Shown here: positions 31,417-41,649 of the stretch, in pieces
Numbering within the stretch: position 1 is the first letter of the stretch
Layout of the letters: every line of letters starts with the position of its first letter
Assembly (NCBI GenBank): GCA_028712705.1
Contig: JAQTPP010000003.1
Location: forward strand, 52-64,051
Source: Candidatus Daviesbacteria bacterium
GTDB taxonomy: Bacteria; Patescibacteriota; Microgenomatia; Daviesbacterales; UBA10151
Reading direction: 5' to 3'
DNA length: 64,000 bases
Translations under genes and position numbers: made by a program
The notes under the pieces: generated by a model
What the model saw: only the letters and a program-made list of their open reading frames with translations
Database searches by the model: none
Told to the model about the DNA's origin: nothing

Positions 31417-32130
31417 TTAATCCTTCCTGGGCAGCTTTAGCATTAGATATTCCAAAATAGCCCTGATATTAACATTTTGCTTGGCCCATTCCTCGGCTTG
31501 CAAGAGCTCTTTTAAAAAGCCTGTTACTTCTGGCCTTGCAAGACCAGGCCTTGCGAGCGTAATAGGTTCAATCATTTTTTGGCGGAAGAAGTATACCATG
31601 TAATGCAAAAATTCTTCCCTCTCTTTTAGTTTTTCAATATATTCAAACCGTTGCTCAAAAGAAGAATTCAGTAGCTTCTCAAGGTCTTCTGAGTATTTAC
31701 TATGATACACTAGTGTATCATCACTTTTAGGTTTAAGTCTGATGATCTCGCATCTCGACAGGATAGTTGGTAAGAGATTGTTATCAGAGGAGGCCCCAAG
31801 AATCAAGATTGCTTCCCGAGAGAGCTCCTCAATGGTTTTTAACAGGGCATTCTGGGCTTCGTGAGTCAAAATTGATGCATCTTCCAGGACAACTGCTCTT
31901 CCGGAAGCAGAATATGGTTTCAAGGAGAAAAATTCTTTTATTCTTTTAGCCTCAGCAATGCCAAGTTTTTCTCCAGCCTGGATGTATAGTAAATCCGGAT
32001 GATTTACGTTTAGGCCCGCCTGCCGCAGTCTGGTGCTGGCGGGCAGGTTTTTGAGGTGCGAAGCTAAGGTTTTGGATAGCTCCTCCCTTAGTTTATCTAT
32101 GGATGTACAAATTAAAAGCCTTGCAATCAT
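31417..32130 (-). CDS. holB: DNA polymerase III delta-prime-like subunit (degenerate P-loop)
   Basis: VLEDASILTHEAQNALLKTIEE...LPTILSRCEIIRL are sensor/box motifs of HolB. N-terminal Walker A absent. Confidence 0.55.
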   Translation of the reverse strand: MIARLLICTSIDKLREELSKTLASHLKNLPASTRLRQAGLNVNHPDLLYIQAGEKLGIAEAKRIKEFFSLKPYSASGRAVVLEDASILTHEAQNALLKTIEELSREAILILGASSDNNLLPTILSRCEIIRLKPKSDDTLVYHSKYSEDLEKLLNSSFEQRFEYIEKLKEREEFLHYMVYFFRQKMIEPITLARPGLARPEVTGFLKELLQAEEWAKQNVNIRAILEYLMLKLPRKD

Positions 32131-32155
32131 ACGGAGATTCTAACATAATGAATAT

Positions 32156-33874
32156 ATGCCCAGTAATCTTGCCCAAAATCCGTCCGGTTCTACGCTGGAG
32201 GAGATCCTTTTTAAAGAAGGGTTGATAAGCTCAGATCAGGTTTCTGCAATAAAGCTGGAAAGTATTAATTCCGGTATCCCGGTGGAAAAAATCTTAATTC
32301 AGCGGAATTTGGTGCCGAACAACAAAATAGCTCAAGCCAAAGCACAGATTTTAAATGTTCCTTATATTTCCCTGGCCGGCCGGGCCATTGCGGCAGATGT
32401 CTTAAATTTAGTGCCGGAAGTTGCAGCCCGCCGTTATCAAATAATTCCATTTGAAAAAAAGGGAGAAGAATTATGGGTGGCAATGGCAGATCCTTTAGAT
32501 ATCCAGATTACTCAATTTGTCGAAAAAAGGACCGGACTTAGAGTGAAGCCGTATTTGGCGCTTGCAGAAGACATCCTGCAGGATATCTCAGATCAATATG
32601 CTCAAAACTTAACTTCAGAAGTAACTTCTGCGCTCAAGGAAGTTGCAGCTGTTAGGCCAATGAAAGAGGTTCAAGTTGGACCCGAGATCTTACGCGAGGC
32701 GCCTGTTTCCAACATTATTGACCAGCTTTTAGAATATGCCATAAAAAATAGGGCCTCTGATGTCCATATCGAGCCTCAAGAAAACAGAACCAGGGTTAGG
32801 TATAGGATAGACGGGATTTTACAAGAGAAAATTCTTCTTCCAAAAGGCGTGCATGATGCGCTTGTTTCAAGAATTAAAATCCTTGCCGTTTTGAAAATTG
32901 ATGAAAAACGTCTGCCCCAGGATGGCAGGTTTACTTTTACCTATGGACAAAATATTGTAGATCTTAGGATTTCCACAGTGCCGACTGTATTCGGAGAGAA
33001 AGTAGTTTTGAGGTTGCTCCCCAAATCAACAGGTGCGCCATCGCTTTTGGAATTGGGTCTGAGAGGAGCTTCTCTTAAAGCTTTGGAAAGCCAATTGCTT
33101 CGCGCGCATGGCATCATCCTGGTTTGCGGACCAACCGGTTCCGGTAAAACCACAACACTTTATTCAATTTTAACCAAGATATCAACCACCAGGGTGAATG
33201 TGGTAACGATTGAAGATCCGGTTGAATACCAGATTCCCGGAGTTAATCAGGTTCAAGTCAATACCGGCGTCGGCTTAACTTTTGCATCGACCTTACGAAG
33301 CTTTTTAAGGCAAGATCCGAATATCATAATGGTTGGTGAGATAAGAGATACCGAAACTGCGGAGTTGGCAATACAGGCGGCGCTAACAGGTCATCAAGTG
33401 TTTTCTACTGTTCATACGAATTCCGCAGCCGGTGCGCCTCCCAGGCTTTTGGATATGGGAGTTGAACCTTTTTTGTTGACGTCTGCTCTAAATGCTATTG
33501 TTGGACAAAGAGTTGTCAGGAAAATTGATCCGCATTGTAAGGTGGAATTTAATGCTCCCCCGGAAGTAATCGGCAATATTAAACAAGTTTTAGGAAAATT
33601 TATTCCGCAATCCCAATCGGCAAATATGAAATTATACAAGGGTAAAGGATGCAGTTTTTGCGGTAATACCGGATATTTAGGCAGGATTGGAATATTTGAA
33701 GTTTTAAGTTTAACAGACAAAATATCCAAGCTAGTCTTAGAGCATACCTCATCCGGCGTAATTGAAGAAGCTGCTGTGGGAGAAGGTATGATCACGATGA
33801 AACAGGATGGTTATATGAAAGTATTGGAGGGTATAACTACCATGGAAGAAGTCCTGAGAGTGGCCCAGGATTAG
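32156..33874 (+). CDS. pilB: Type IV pilus assembly ATPase PilB (GspE family)
   Basis: N-terminal T2SSE_N domain. LVCGPTGSGKTTTLYS Walker A. Tetra-Cys CSFCGNTGYLGR. Confidence 0.9.
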   Translation: MPSNLAQNPSGSTLEEILFKEGLISSDQVSAIKLESINSGIPVEKILIQRNLVPNNKIAQAKAQILNVPYISLAGRAIAADVLNLVPEVAARRYQIIPFEKKGEELWVAMADPLDIQITQFVEKRTGLRVKPYLALAEDILQDISDQYAQNLTSEVTSALKEVAAVRPMKEVQVGPEILREAPVSNIIDQLLEYAIKNRASDVHIEPQENRTRVRYRIDGILQEKILLPKGVHDALVSRIKILAVLKIDEKRLPQDGRFTFTYGQNIVDLRISTVPTVFGEKVVLRLLPKSTGAPSLLELGLRGASLKALESQLLRAHGIILVCGPTGSGKTTTLYSILTKISTTRVNVVTIEDPVEYQIPGVNQVQVNTGVGLTFASTLRSFLRQDPNIIMVGEIRDTETAELAIQAALTGHQVFSTVHTNSAAGAPPRLLDMGVEPFLLTSALNAIVGQRVVRKIDPHCKVEFNAPPEVIGNIKQVLGKFIPQSQSANMKLYKGKGCSFCGNTGYLGRIGIFEVLSLTDKISKLVLEHTSSGVIEEAAVGEGMITMKQDGYMKVLEGITTMEEVLRVAQD

Positions 33875-33881
33875 AAATTAA

Positions 33882-34934
33882 ATGAACATACAACAATTAT
33901 TAGATTTAACTATTCAAAGAAATGCTTCTGATTTACATTTATCTGTCGGATCTCCGCCTATCCTCCGGATACATGGCGATCTTTTTCCCGTACCTGGTGA
34001 AGTACCCACTACTCCGGAACAAATTGATAGCTTGATTCAACCTCTTCTCTCAGATATTCAAAAAAATATCTATAAACAAGTTTTTGAACTTGATTTTTCG
34101 TTTGAATTTGAATCTAAAGCTAGATTTCGGGTTAACCTGTATAGACAAAAAGGTTACCCGTCGGCGGCTTTGCGGCTTATTCCCTATCGCATACCGGAAG
34201 TTGAAGAATTGGGTTTTCCTTCCGTTGTCAACCGTCTGATAGATTTAAAGCAAGGTTTTATTTTAGTGACCGGACCGACCGGTCACGGTAAATCCACGAC
34301 TTTAGCTTCATTTATAAATAAGATTAACAAGACCCGGGCAGTCCATGTCCTTACCGTTGAAGACCCAATTGAATATATGTATCCTCCGGGAAAATCTTTG
34401 ATTGAACAAAGGGAAATGTACTCTGACACAAGATCCTGGGGAAATGCCCTGCGTTCAGCTTTACGGGAAGATCCGGATGTAGTTTTAATCGGTGAAATGA
34501 GGGATTTAGAAACTATATCTTCAGCTATGACTATTGCAGAGACCGGTCATTTGGTTTTTGCAACTCTTCACACAAATTCATCTACGCAATCTATTGACCG
34601 GATTATTGATGTTTTTCCCGAAATACAACAACCACAAATCAGGCTTCAGCTGGCATCGACCCTGGAGGCAATTCTGTCGCTTCGTCTGGTTCCGACCATT
34701 GAACCGGGAAGGATTTTGGCATCTGAAATATTATTCACTACTCCTGCCGTAAGGAATATTATTCGCGAGGCAAAGACATATTTGATAGACAATATTATTG
34801 AAACATCCGCAGAACTTGGGATGCAAACTCTTGAGCGCTCTCTTGCTGTTTTGGTAAAAGCAGGGAAAATTTCCCAGGAAGTGGCATTGAAATTTGCTCT
34901 GCGTCCAGAATTATTAAGCAAGCTTTTGAAATAG
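33882..34934 (+). CDS. pilT: Twitching motility retraction ATPase PilT
   Basis: ASDLHL, ILVTGPTGHGKSTTLAS, and AIRNLIRE-like C-terminal motif. Confidence 0.9.
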   Translation: MNIQQLLDLTIQRNASDLHLSVGSPPILRIHGDLFPVPGEVPTTPEQIDSLIQPLLSDIQKNIYKQVFELDFSFEFESKARFRVNLYRQKGYPSAALRLIPYRIPEVEELGFPSVVNRLIDLKQGFILVTGPTGHGKSTTLASFINKINKTRAVHVLTVEDPIEYMYPPGKSLIEQREMYSDTRSWGNALRSALREDPDVVLIGEMRDLETISSAMTIAETGHLVFATLHTNSSTQSIDRIIDVFPEIQQPQIRLQLASTLEAILSLRLVPTIEPGRILASEILFTTPAVRNIIREAKTYLIDNIIETSAELGMQTLERSLAVLVKAGKISQEVALKFALRPELLSKLLK

Positions 34935-34938
34935 CTGT

Positions 34939-36138
34939 ATGGAATTTATCTACAAAGCAAAGGATATACAGGGTCAGGAGCACGCCGGCAGTGTTAAATC
35001 TCCCGATGCTCATTCTGCTGCTGTGACTATACGAAAGGAAGGTCTGATTGTTATTTCACTATCTCCTAAAACGCCTCCTGTAAACAGATTGCTAGACCGT
35101 TTTATAAATAGGGTAAGCTTTTCTGAAGTAGTTATTTTTACCAGACAGCTGGCAACAATGGTAAGCAGCGGATTAGTTTTATCAGAAGCGATAGATATTC
35201 TGGAAGATCAGCAAACCAATAAAAATCTGAAGAAAGCTTTGAATGACATTTCCCAGGACATCAAAGGAGGTTTAACGCTGGCACAAGCTTTTAGTAAATA
35301 TCCTGATATTTTTCCCCATCTTTATGTTAATTTAATTAAGGCCGGTGAGGCCTCCGGAAAGCTTGATTCTATTCTTTTACAGATGGCTGACGGGTTGGAG
35401 AAAGAAAGAGAATTTCAAGCAAAAATTAAAGGAGCAATGATCTATCCGGTGTTAGTTTTATCTATGATGCTGGTAGTGCTTGTTATAATGATGATTTTTG
35501 TTATCCCGAAGCTTTTAACTTTGTATTCTCAATCAACAATGGAATTGCCGTTGCCTACCAAAATACTGATTGGTATGTCAAATCTTTTTGTGAACTATTG
35601 GTGGTTGGGACTTATTATTTTAATTGGAGGATACATTGGGATAGACAGATGGAAACGGACCCCCGAAGGTAATCTTTTCTTAGGCAAATTGATTCTAAGA
35701 ATCCCAATTGCGGGCAAGGTTGTGGCAAATGTTGCACTGACAAATTTCAACCGTACGTTTGGGCTGCTGATTTCTGCAGGTATACCATTACTTGATTCTA
35801 TTGGTATAGTATCGGATTTAATGGATAATCCCGTGTTTAAAAATGCGCTCAAAGAAAGTTATTCCGGAGTAGAAAAAGGACTGCCGTTTTCTTCTCTTCT
35901 TACAGCCAATATTTTCCCAAAAATTATCAGCCAGATGGTTAGAGTGGGTGAAGAAACAGGAAAAGTAGATGAAATATTTTTTAAGCTGGCCGACTATTTT
36001 GAATCTGAATCAGACCATATGGTTAAGAATTTGACTGTAGCAATCGAGCCAATTGTTTTGATAATTTTGGGTATAGGAGTGGCATTCCTGGTAATCTCGA
36101 TTATCTTACCGATTTACAAATTAACCACGTCATTTTAA
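34939..36138 (+). CDS. pilC: Type IV pilus platform protein PilC (GspF family)
   Basis: Two T2SSF repeats and three TM helices. Confidence 0.9.
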   Translation: MEFIYKAKDIQGQEHAGSVKSPDAHSAAVTIRKEGLIVISLSPKTPPVNRLLDRFINRVSFSEVVIFTRQLATMVSSGLVLSEAIDILEDQQTNKNLKKALNDISQDIKGGLTLAQAFSKYPDIFPHLYVNLIKAGEASGKLDSILLQMADGLEKEREFQAKIKGAMIYPVLVLSMMLVVLVIMMIFVIPKLLTLYSQSTMELPLPTKILIGMSNLFVNYWWLGLIILIGGYIGIDRWKRTPEGNLFLGKLILRIPIAGKVVANVALTNFNRTFGLLISAGIPLLDSIGIVSDLMDNPVFKNALKESYSGVEKGLPFSSLLTANIFPKIISQMVRVGEETGKVDEIFFKLADYFESESDHMVKNLTVAIEPIVLIILGIGVAFLVISIILPIYKLTTSF

Positions 36139-36150
36139 TCAAGATGCTAC

Positions 36151-36181
36151 TTGACTAAGCATTAGAAGTTGTGGATACAAT
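36151..36181 (+). promoter_or_regulatory. Candidate promoter TTGACT-N19-TACAAT upstream of major pilin gene
   Basis: Seen directly. RBS GGGGGTGAG and a TTG start follow. Confidence 0.3.
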
Positions 36182-36203
36182 GTATGTGAGGGGGTGAGAA
36201 ATT

Positions 36204-36734
36204 TTGAAAAAATCTGCTCATGGTTTCACATTAGTGGAACTTTTGGTTGTTATTGCAATTATTGCCATATTGGCAGCAGTCGTTGTTTTAATTATTAACC
36301 CGTTAGAGCTTACCCGTAGAGGTCGTGATGCGGCCAGACTTACTGATTTGTCAAATTTACAGCAAGCAATTAACGTGGCAGTTCAGGAAGCAACCGGATC
36401 TGCGGCTACTATTCTTTGCAGCGGCGATAGTGCGCCATGTAATGGGTTAAGCAATATAGCTGGCAGGGGTTCTGATGGAACAGGCTGGGTGAAGGTTGAT
36501 ATGTCTTCTCAGAAGAGCGTGTCGGTACCCACCTTACCAATAGATCCGATTAATGATGCGACAAATCATTACATATATTGTTCAGACGGCAATGCCTGGG
36601 AGATTGATGCAAAACTGGAATCAACACAGCAATCAGGCAAGATGTTACCTGATGGTGGAGATGATCCAGTATTGTATGAGGTCGGTTCTAATTTGAAGCT
36701 TACTTCTCCTTCGGGAGGAACTTGTACTTATTAA
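36204..36734 (+). CDS. Type IV pilin (prepilin N-terminal cleavage/methylation domain); probable major pilin
   Basis: MKKSAHGFTLVELLVVIAIIAILAAV is a class III signal. TTG start. Own promoter. Confidence 0.8.
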   Translation: MKKSAHGFTLVELLVVIAIIAILAAVVVLIINPLELTRRGRDAARLTDLSNLQQAINVAVQEATGSAATILCSGDSAPCNGLSNIAGRGSDGTGWVKVDMSSQKSVSVPTLPIDPINDATNHYIYCSDGNAWEIDAKLESTQQSGKMLPDGGDDPVLYEVGSNLKLTSPSGGTCTY

Positions 36735-36738
36735 CGCT

Positions 36739-37659
36739 ATGTGGGGATCAGCCGGATTTTTGATCGGTATAGTCTTGGGAAGCTTGGTAAAAGCATTGGC
36801 TGATCGTAGTTTAAGCAATAAATCTTTTTGGGGAAGGTCGTACTGCTTGAGGTGTCGGCATACGCTGGCTGTGTACGACCTTTTTCCTGTTCTTTCCTAT
36901 GTTTTGCTTAGAGGAAAATGTAGATATTGCAAGGATCGGATAAGTATAGAGTATTTGGTTGTTGAGGTGGTAATGGGGATGTTAATTGGGTTTTTGTTTT
37001 GGCAAGAGTTCAGTAGTCTTCAGTCTTCAGCTTTCAGTCTTCAGCTAATTTCAAATTTTAAATTTTTAATTTTTATTTTTGATTTACTTTTTAAGACTTT
37101 TTTTATTGTAATTCTGGCAATTCTTTTTATTACGGATATTAAAAGAATGCTGATTCCGGATAGAATTATTAAACCGGCTATTCTGATCGGGACAATTTCC
37201 CTGCTGGTTATTACCGCATATAAGGTAGGATACTTGTACTACTACTTAGCTCAAACGCCGATCGGTAGACAACTTCTTCCTCCGAGTAGTGGATACTTCC
37301 AAAGACATGCGTTAATGGTAGTCCAGCCGTTTCTCTTATCATTATTGATGGGGCTCTTGATTGGCGGATTTTTCTGGGGGTTGATAATTATTACCCGTGG
37401 AAAAGGAATGGGCGGAGGGGATGTAAAATTAGGAGCATTTATCGGAGTAATGTTAGGGTTCCCCCAAGCTCTTTTAGCCTTAGTTTTGGCATTTTTTACA
37501 GGCGCGATATTTGGAGTAGCGCTTATTATTGCCGGCAAAAAACATTTTGGTCAAACAATTCCCTTTGGCCCATTTTTGGTTTTGGGAAGCTTGATAACTA
37601 TTTTTTGGGGAAATCAGATTATTGGTTGGTATTTAAGATTAAGGGTATTTATCCCTTGA
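36739..37659 (+). CDS. pilD: Prepilin peptidase PilD (A24 family) with N-terminal zinc-ribbon
   Basis: CLRCRHTL...CRYCKDRISI tetra-Cys. Conserved Asp-containing TM core. Low-complexity insertion with heptamer repeats. Confidence 0.85.
   Translation: MWGSAGFLIGIVLGSLVKALADRSLSNKSFWGRSYCLRCRHTLAVYDLFPVLSYVLLRGKCRYCKDRISIEYLVVEVVMGMLIGFLFWQEFSSLQSSAFSLQLISNFKFLIFIFDLLFKTFFIVILAILFITDIKRMLIPDRIIKPAILIGTISLLVITAYKVGYLYYYLAQTPIGRQLLPPSSGYFQRHALMVVQPFLLSLLMGLLIGGFFWGLIIITRGKGMGGGDVKLGAFIGVMLGFPQALLALVLAFFTGAIFGVALIIAGKKHFGQTIPFGPFLVLGSLITIFWGNQIIGWYLRLRVFIP
37015..37042. repeat. Tandem heptamer (AGTCTTC)x4 (one AGCTTTC variant) in pilD coding sense
   Basis: cagt agtcttc agtcttc agctttc agtcttc agct encodes SSLQSSAFSLQL. 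Confidence 0.7.
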
Positions 37660-37732
37660 TACAACTAGTTTACATAATTGTATCTTGACAAACAGTTTAG
37701 TTTGTATGAATAATAAATTAACGAAATAACTA

Positions 37733-38152
37733 TTGTATATGAAAAAATTCCTGCCCAAGTCTACCAACAATCTTTCTGGTTTTACCTTGGTTGAGCTTCT
37801 TGTTGTTGTATCCATTATTGCCGTTTTATCCATTATTGGAATTACTATATTTTCAGGTGTGCAAAAGAATGCGAGAGACGCAAGAAGAAAAGCGGATATA
37901 GATAGTATCAGTAAAGCCTGGGAAGCTAATATTTCTAAAACTTCGCCTTATTATCCGCTCCTGCAAGGAACATGGTTTGCAAGCGGCAATATACCGAAAG
38001 ATCCCAGTACCGGCAGTAGTTATAATTATGCTTCAGGAGCAAATGAATCAGCCGGGGCTGATACATACAAAGTTTGCGCAACACTAGGAGATGCTGCAGG
38101 GACGTGTTCTGCTACCAGCACCACATGTTATTGCCAGTCTAACCAGCAATAG
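37733..38152 (+). CDS. Type IV pilin-like protein
   Basis: LSGFTLVELLVVVSIIAVL prepilin signal. Confidence 0.75.
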   Translation: MYMKKFLPKSTNNLSGFTLVELLVVVSIIAVLSIIGITIFSGVQKNARDARRKADIDSISKAWEANISKTSPYYPLLQGTWFASGNIPKDPSTGSSYNYASGANESAGADTYKVCATLGDAAGTCSATSTTCYCQSNQQ

Positions 38153-38157
38153 CCTTA

Positions 38158-38646
38158 ATGTTTAAAGGTCGCGGTTTCACTTTAATCGAACTTCTTGTAA
38201 CAGTTAGTATTATTGCCATACTTTCTGCAATTGGCCTGGTTGTTTATTCAAATGTCATAAAACAGGGTCAGGATTCAAAAAGACAGTCGGATTTGCGGTC
38301 AATCCAATCGGCTCTGGAGCAGTATTATAGCGACCAGGGTTTTTATCCAGCCGGTAATTTGCCTTTCGGGAGCTCCCTTAATAATTGTACAGGGAATCCG
38401 ACTTCACCTTGTTCGAGCACCAAAACATATATAAATAATGTCCCGAACGATTCAAATGTGAATATCCCGTATAGATATGAAGCTGTAAGGAATGGAAGCA
38501 TCGGTTGTACAAATGCTACTACTGCGACTCAATGTAATAGTTATTGTCTTACTTCTAAATTAGACATTCCTCCTTCCCCCATTCCCTCTTTACCTACGGG
38601 TTGCTCGTATTCTAGCGATTACAATTTCTTCGTCTCTCCTCCGTAA
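38158..38646 (+). CDS. Type IV pilin-like protein
   Basis: GRGFTLIELLVTVSIIAIL prepilin signal. Cys pairs near the C-terminus. Confidence 0.75.
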   Translation: MFKGRGFTLIELLVTVSIIAILSAIGLVVYSNVIKQGQDSKRQSDLRSIQSALEQYYSDQGFYPAGNLPFGSSLNNCTGNPTSPCSSTKTYINNVPNDSNVNIPYRYEAVRNGSIGCTNATTATQCNSYCLTSKLDIPPSPIPSLPTGCSYSSDYNFFVSPP

Positions 38647-38690
38647 AAGGAATGTACAACGTACAATTAACAATGTACAATTAAAGCAAG

Positions 38691-39206
38691 ATGCGCAAAT
38701 CTGCCCAAGGATTTACTCTAATTGAGCTTTTGGTAGTTATTGCAATTACAGCAGTAATAGGAATTTATACACTTATAAATTCCAGATCTTTTGGAGAAGA
38801 CCAGAATCTTAAAAATGCAAGTTTAGATATTCAAAGCCTGCTTCGACAAGCTCAAACAAACGCCACTGCTAATGTAATATGCAATACCGGATATAGCGCC
38901 ACCTGGCAGGTTGAATTTGCTAATTTAGTAACTATTAATCTAAAGTGTATGGAGCCTGCATCTTCCTCGATTCTTAAAAAGACATTGCAACTGGACGCAA
39001 ATAATGTATTGAAACCTCCAATAACCGGAACAGGGTCTAATTGTCCAACACTACCCCCATTTACAATAAGTTTTGACTCACTTACAGGCAAGGTTGGTTT
39101 TGGAGATCCAGGATGCACTTCACTAACAATTACCTTGCAAAACAGTAAAACCGGAAGCACAAAGTCTTTTACTATTGAACAAGGAGGCAGGATTTATGGA
39201 CAGTGA
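38691..39206 (+). CDS. Type IV minor pilin/pseudopilin
   Basis: AQGFTLIELLVVIAITAVI. Confidence 0.7.
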   Translation: MRKSAQGFTLIELLVVIAITAVIGIYTLINSRSFGEDQNLKNASLDIQSLLRQAQTNATANVICNTGYSATWQVEFANLVTINLKCMEPASSSILKKTLQLDANNVLKPPITGTGSNCPTLPPFTISFDSLTGKVGFGDPGCTSLTITLQNSKTGSTKSFTIEQGGRIYGQ

Positions 39207-39708
39207 AAAAGGCCAATCTTTGATAGAAGTAATAGTGGCTGCAACTGTCGGAATTTTAGTAGTTTCGGCCCTGACATTTGCCACCATTTTTTCCCTTAGG
39301 AATGCCAATTTTGCCAAAAATTCTGCTCAAGCCACAAAACTGGCCCAGGAAGGGATTGAGAGTGTGAGAACAGGTAGAGATAGAAATGTGTCAATAGCCG
39401 GTAATTTTCAAATCAATGGTTTTAATATCACTTCGTGGGATCCTGATCTTTGGTCAAATCAAATCAACCCAAACTGTATTCCTAATTGTTACTTTAATAT
39501 AAATTCCTCTGGAGAGTTACGATATCTCATCGGAGCTCTCTCTATTCCTTCAGCAGCGGAGACAATAGGCCAATTTAAACGGGTAGTTATTTTATCTGAT
39601 GAAGCTACAAGCTACACTACTCAAAAAACAGCCACAGTTATTGTCCAATGGAATGACTCCACAGGCTCTCATGACTCAAAATTAACTACAATTTTAAGAA
39701 AGCTATGA
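39175..39708 (+). CDS. Type IV minor pilin-like protein
   Basis: GQSLIEVIVAATVGILVV. Overlaps the previous gene by 32 bp. Confidence 0.6.
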   Translation: MNKEAGFMDSEKGQSLIEVIVAATVGILVVSALTFATIFSLRNANFAKNSAQATKLAQEGIESVRTGRDRNVSIAGNFQINGFNITSWDPDLWSNQINPNCIPNCYFNINSSGELRYLIGALSIPSAAETIGQFKRVVILSDEATSYTTQKTATVIVQWNDSTGSHDSKLTTILRKL

Positions 39709-40328
39709 GAAACAAAGGTTTCACCTTAGCAGAGATTCTGGTGGTTATGGCTATAGTTGCCATTGTAGGAACAATATTGGTATTGATTTTTACAAATACT
39801 TTGCGAGGCAGTAATAAATCCCAGATTCTTTCGATTATGAAGCAAAATGGTCAAGCAGTGCTGGATAGCATAGATAGAACTATCAGGAACTCGGACGGTG
39901 TAGCCTGTCCTGCTTCAGGATCCAGCGATACTATTGTGATTGTAAAAAATGGTACATATAGCAGGTATAGGATTACTTCTGCGAACAGTAGTGCTGGTTC
40001 AGCCCCTGCTGTTTGTATTGGCACGGGAAAAAATGGTTGTATTGTCCTGGATAATCCTACGCCCTCGCCATCGGAAATCACCCCTCAATTATTCCTCAAT
40101 AGAATATGCGGTTCGACCGATCCAATGTCTTCGGCACAGATTCTGACTGATACTAATCCTTTGACCGGAGTTTCAATTGACAGCGGATTATTTACTGTAA
40201 GCGAACCATCTGGTTTCAAAGCTGTTGTTACGGTGAACTTTACCCTGGGACCCGGAGTTGACGTGCCTCAAATAATTAGAAACCAGATAGGTTCTGTAAT
40301 CAATCAGACGACTATTGAGTTGCGGTAA
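39705..40328 (+). CDS. Type IV minor pilin-like protein
   Basis: NKGFTLAEILVVMAIVAIV. Confidence 0.7.
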   Translation: MRNKGFTLAEILVVMAIVAIVGTILVLIFTNTLRGSNKSQILSIMKQNGQAVLDSIDRTIRNSDGVACPASGSSDTIVIVKNGTYSRYRITSANSSAGSAPAVCIGTGKNGCIVLDNPTPSPSEITPQLFLNRICGSTDPMSSAQILTDTNPLTGVSIDSGLFTVSEPSGFKAVVTVNFTLGPGVDVPQIIRNQIGSVINQTTIELR

Positions 40329-40360
40329 GTTGATTGACAATTTAGGAGAAAAAACTGACA

Positions 40361-41248
40361 ATGAGTAATAAAAGGAATCGGTTAATGAGAAACGAAACAG
40401 GACAAGTAATTTTGGTGCTGATTTTAGTGATGACTGTTGCCTTAGCTATTGGAATTTCCGTAATTCAGCGGTCGATATTGGATATTTCAACTGCCTCCAA
40501 AGTAGAACAATCCTCAAGGGCATTTTCCGCAGCAGAAGCCGGGATAGAAAATAAACTAATTGGAGGCTCGGGCAGTGTGAATTTTGCAGAAAATAGTGCA
40601 ACAGCCCAGGTTTCAGGCGGTGATTTGGCGCCGGTAGTTCCTGCTGCAGGTAACCGTCAGGATCCTCTGGAATACCCGCCTTTAGCCAAAGAAGAAGTTG
40701 CCCAGATTTGGCTGGCGGATTATACCTCGAGCTCAAATCCTCCTGCAGCAGCCTATACTCAATCCTCGTTGGATATTTATTGGGGTAATTCATCTACAGA
40801 CAAGGCTGCTTTGGAATTGACACTCATTTATTATGATGGCAGCAAATACACCAGCCGGAAATGGTATCTTGATAATCCTTCGGTCACAAGGGATCCGGCG
40901 AATAACTTTGACAAAAGCGCAAATTGCAATGGGTCTCAACTAGGCTCAAATAATTATCAATGCTATAAACAGCTGGGTAATAGCAGCGGAATAAATAATG
41001 GTCCGTTATCCTCGGGTTTAATGCTGCTTCGTGCGAGACTTTTATATAATACCGCCTCTCAGCCTTTTGCAGTACAGGCAGTCGGTACTTGTGGTGCAAA
41101 TTGTTCCCTTCCTCCACAAGTAAGAAGTATAATTTCTACCGGTACGGCAGGTACAACACAGAGAAAAGTTAAATTGTTCCAAATAAATAAGGTGGTCCCG
41201 TCATATCTCGATTATGCCATCTTCTCTACAGGCGCAATAAATAAGTGA
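40361..41248 (+). CDS. Pilus-associated protein with N-terminal hydrophobic helix (PilX-like)
   Basis: TGQVILVLILVMTVALAIGISV. No canonical G-1/F+1. Confidence 0.5.
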   Translation: MSNKRNRLMRNETGQVILVLILVMTVALAIGISVIQRSILDISTASKVEQSSRAFSAAEAGIENKLIGGSGSVNFAENSATAQVSGGDLAPVVPAAGNRQDPLEYPPLAKEEVAQIWLADYTSSSNPPAAAYTQSSLDIYWGNSSTDKAALELTLIYYDGSKYTSRKWYLDNPSVTRDPANNFDKSANCNGSQLGSNNYQCYKQLGNSSGINNGPLSSGLMLLRARLLYNTASQPFAVQAVGTCGANCSLPPQVRSIISTGTAGTTQRKVKLFQINKVVPSYLDYAIFSTGAINK

Positions 41249-41649
41249 TGAAAAGTGAAAGCGGTTTTTCTCTTGTTGAATCCCTGTTGGTTGTGGTAAT
41301 GGTTGGATTGCTGGTATTTTTGCTTGCAAGTATCCCAAATTCCCTAATGCTTATCACTAAGAGCAAGCACGCGAGCTTGGCCCGGGAAATAGCTGTCAAG
41401 CAGATTGAAGATAAAAGGACAATAAACTATGCGAATTTAGTTACGGATAATTCCCCGATTAGTGATTCGCGTTTGAGCGCATTACCTCAAGGCAATGGAA
41501 CAGTTACTGTCGGAGATTGCGATCCGACCATTTGTACAAATGGAGAACAAATTAAAGAGATCACAGTTTCGCTGAATTGGCTGGATAATAACAAGACACA
41601 AACTCTAACACTCAAAGCAATGATTGGAGAAGGAGGAATTAACCAATGA
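41245..41649 (+). CDS. Type IV minor pilin-like protein
   Basis: ESGFSLVESLLVVVMVGLL. Confidence 0.65.
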   Translation: MMKSESGFSLVESLLVVVMVGLLVFLLASIPNSLMLITKSKHASLAREIAVKQIEDKRTINYANLVTDNSPISDSRLSALPQGNGTVTVGDCDPTICTNGEQIKEITVSLNWLDNNKTQTLTLKAMIGEGGINQ

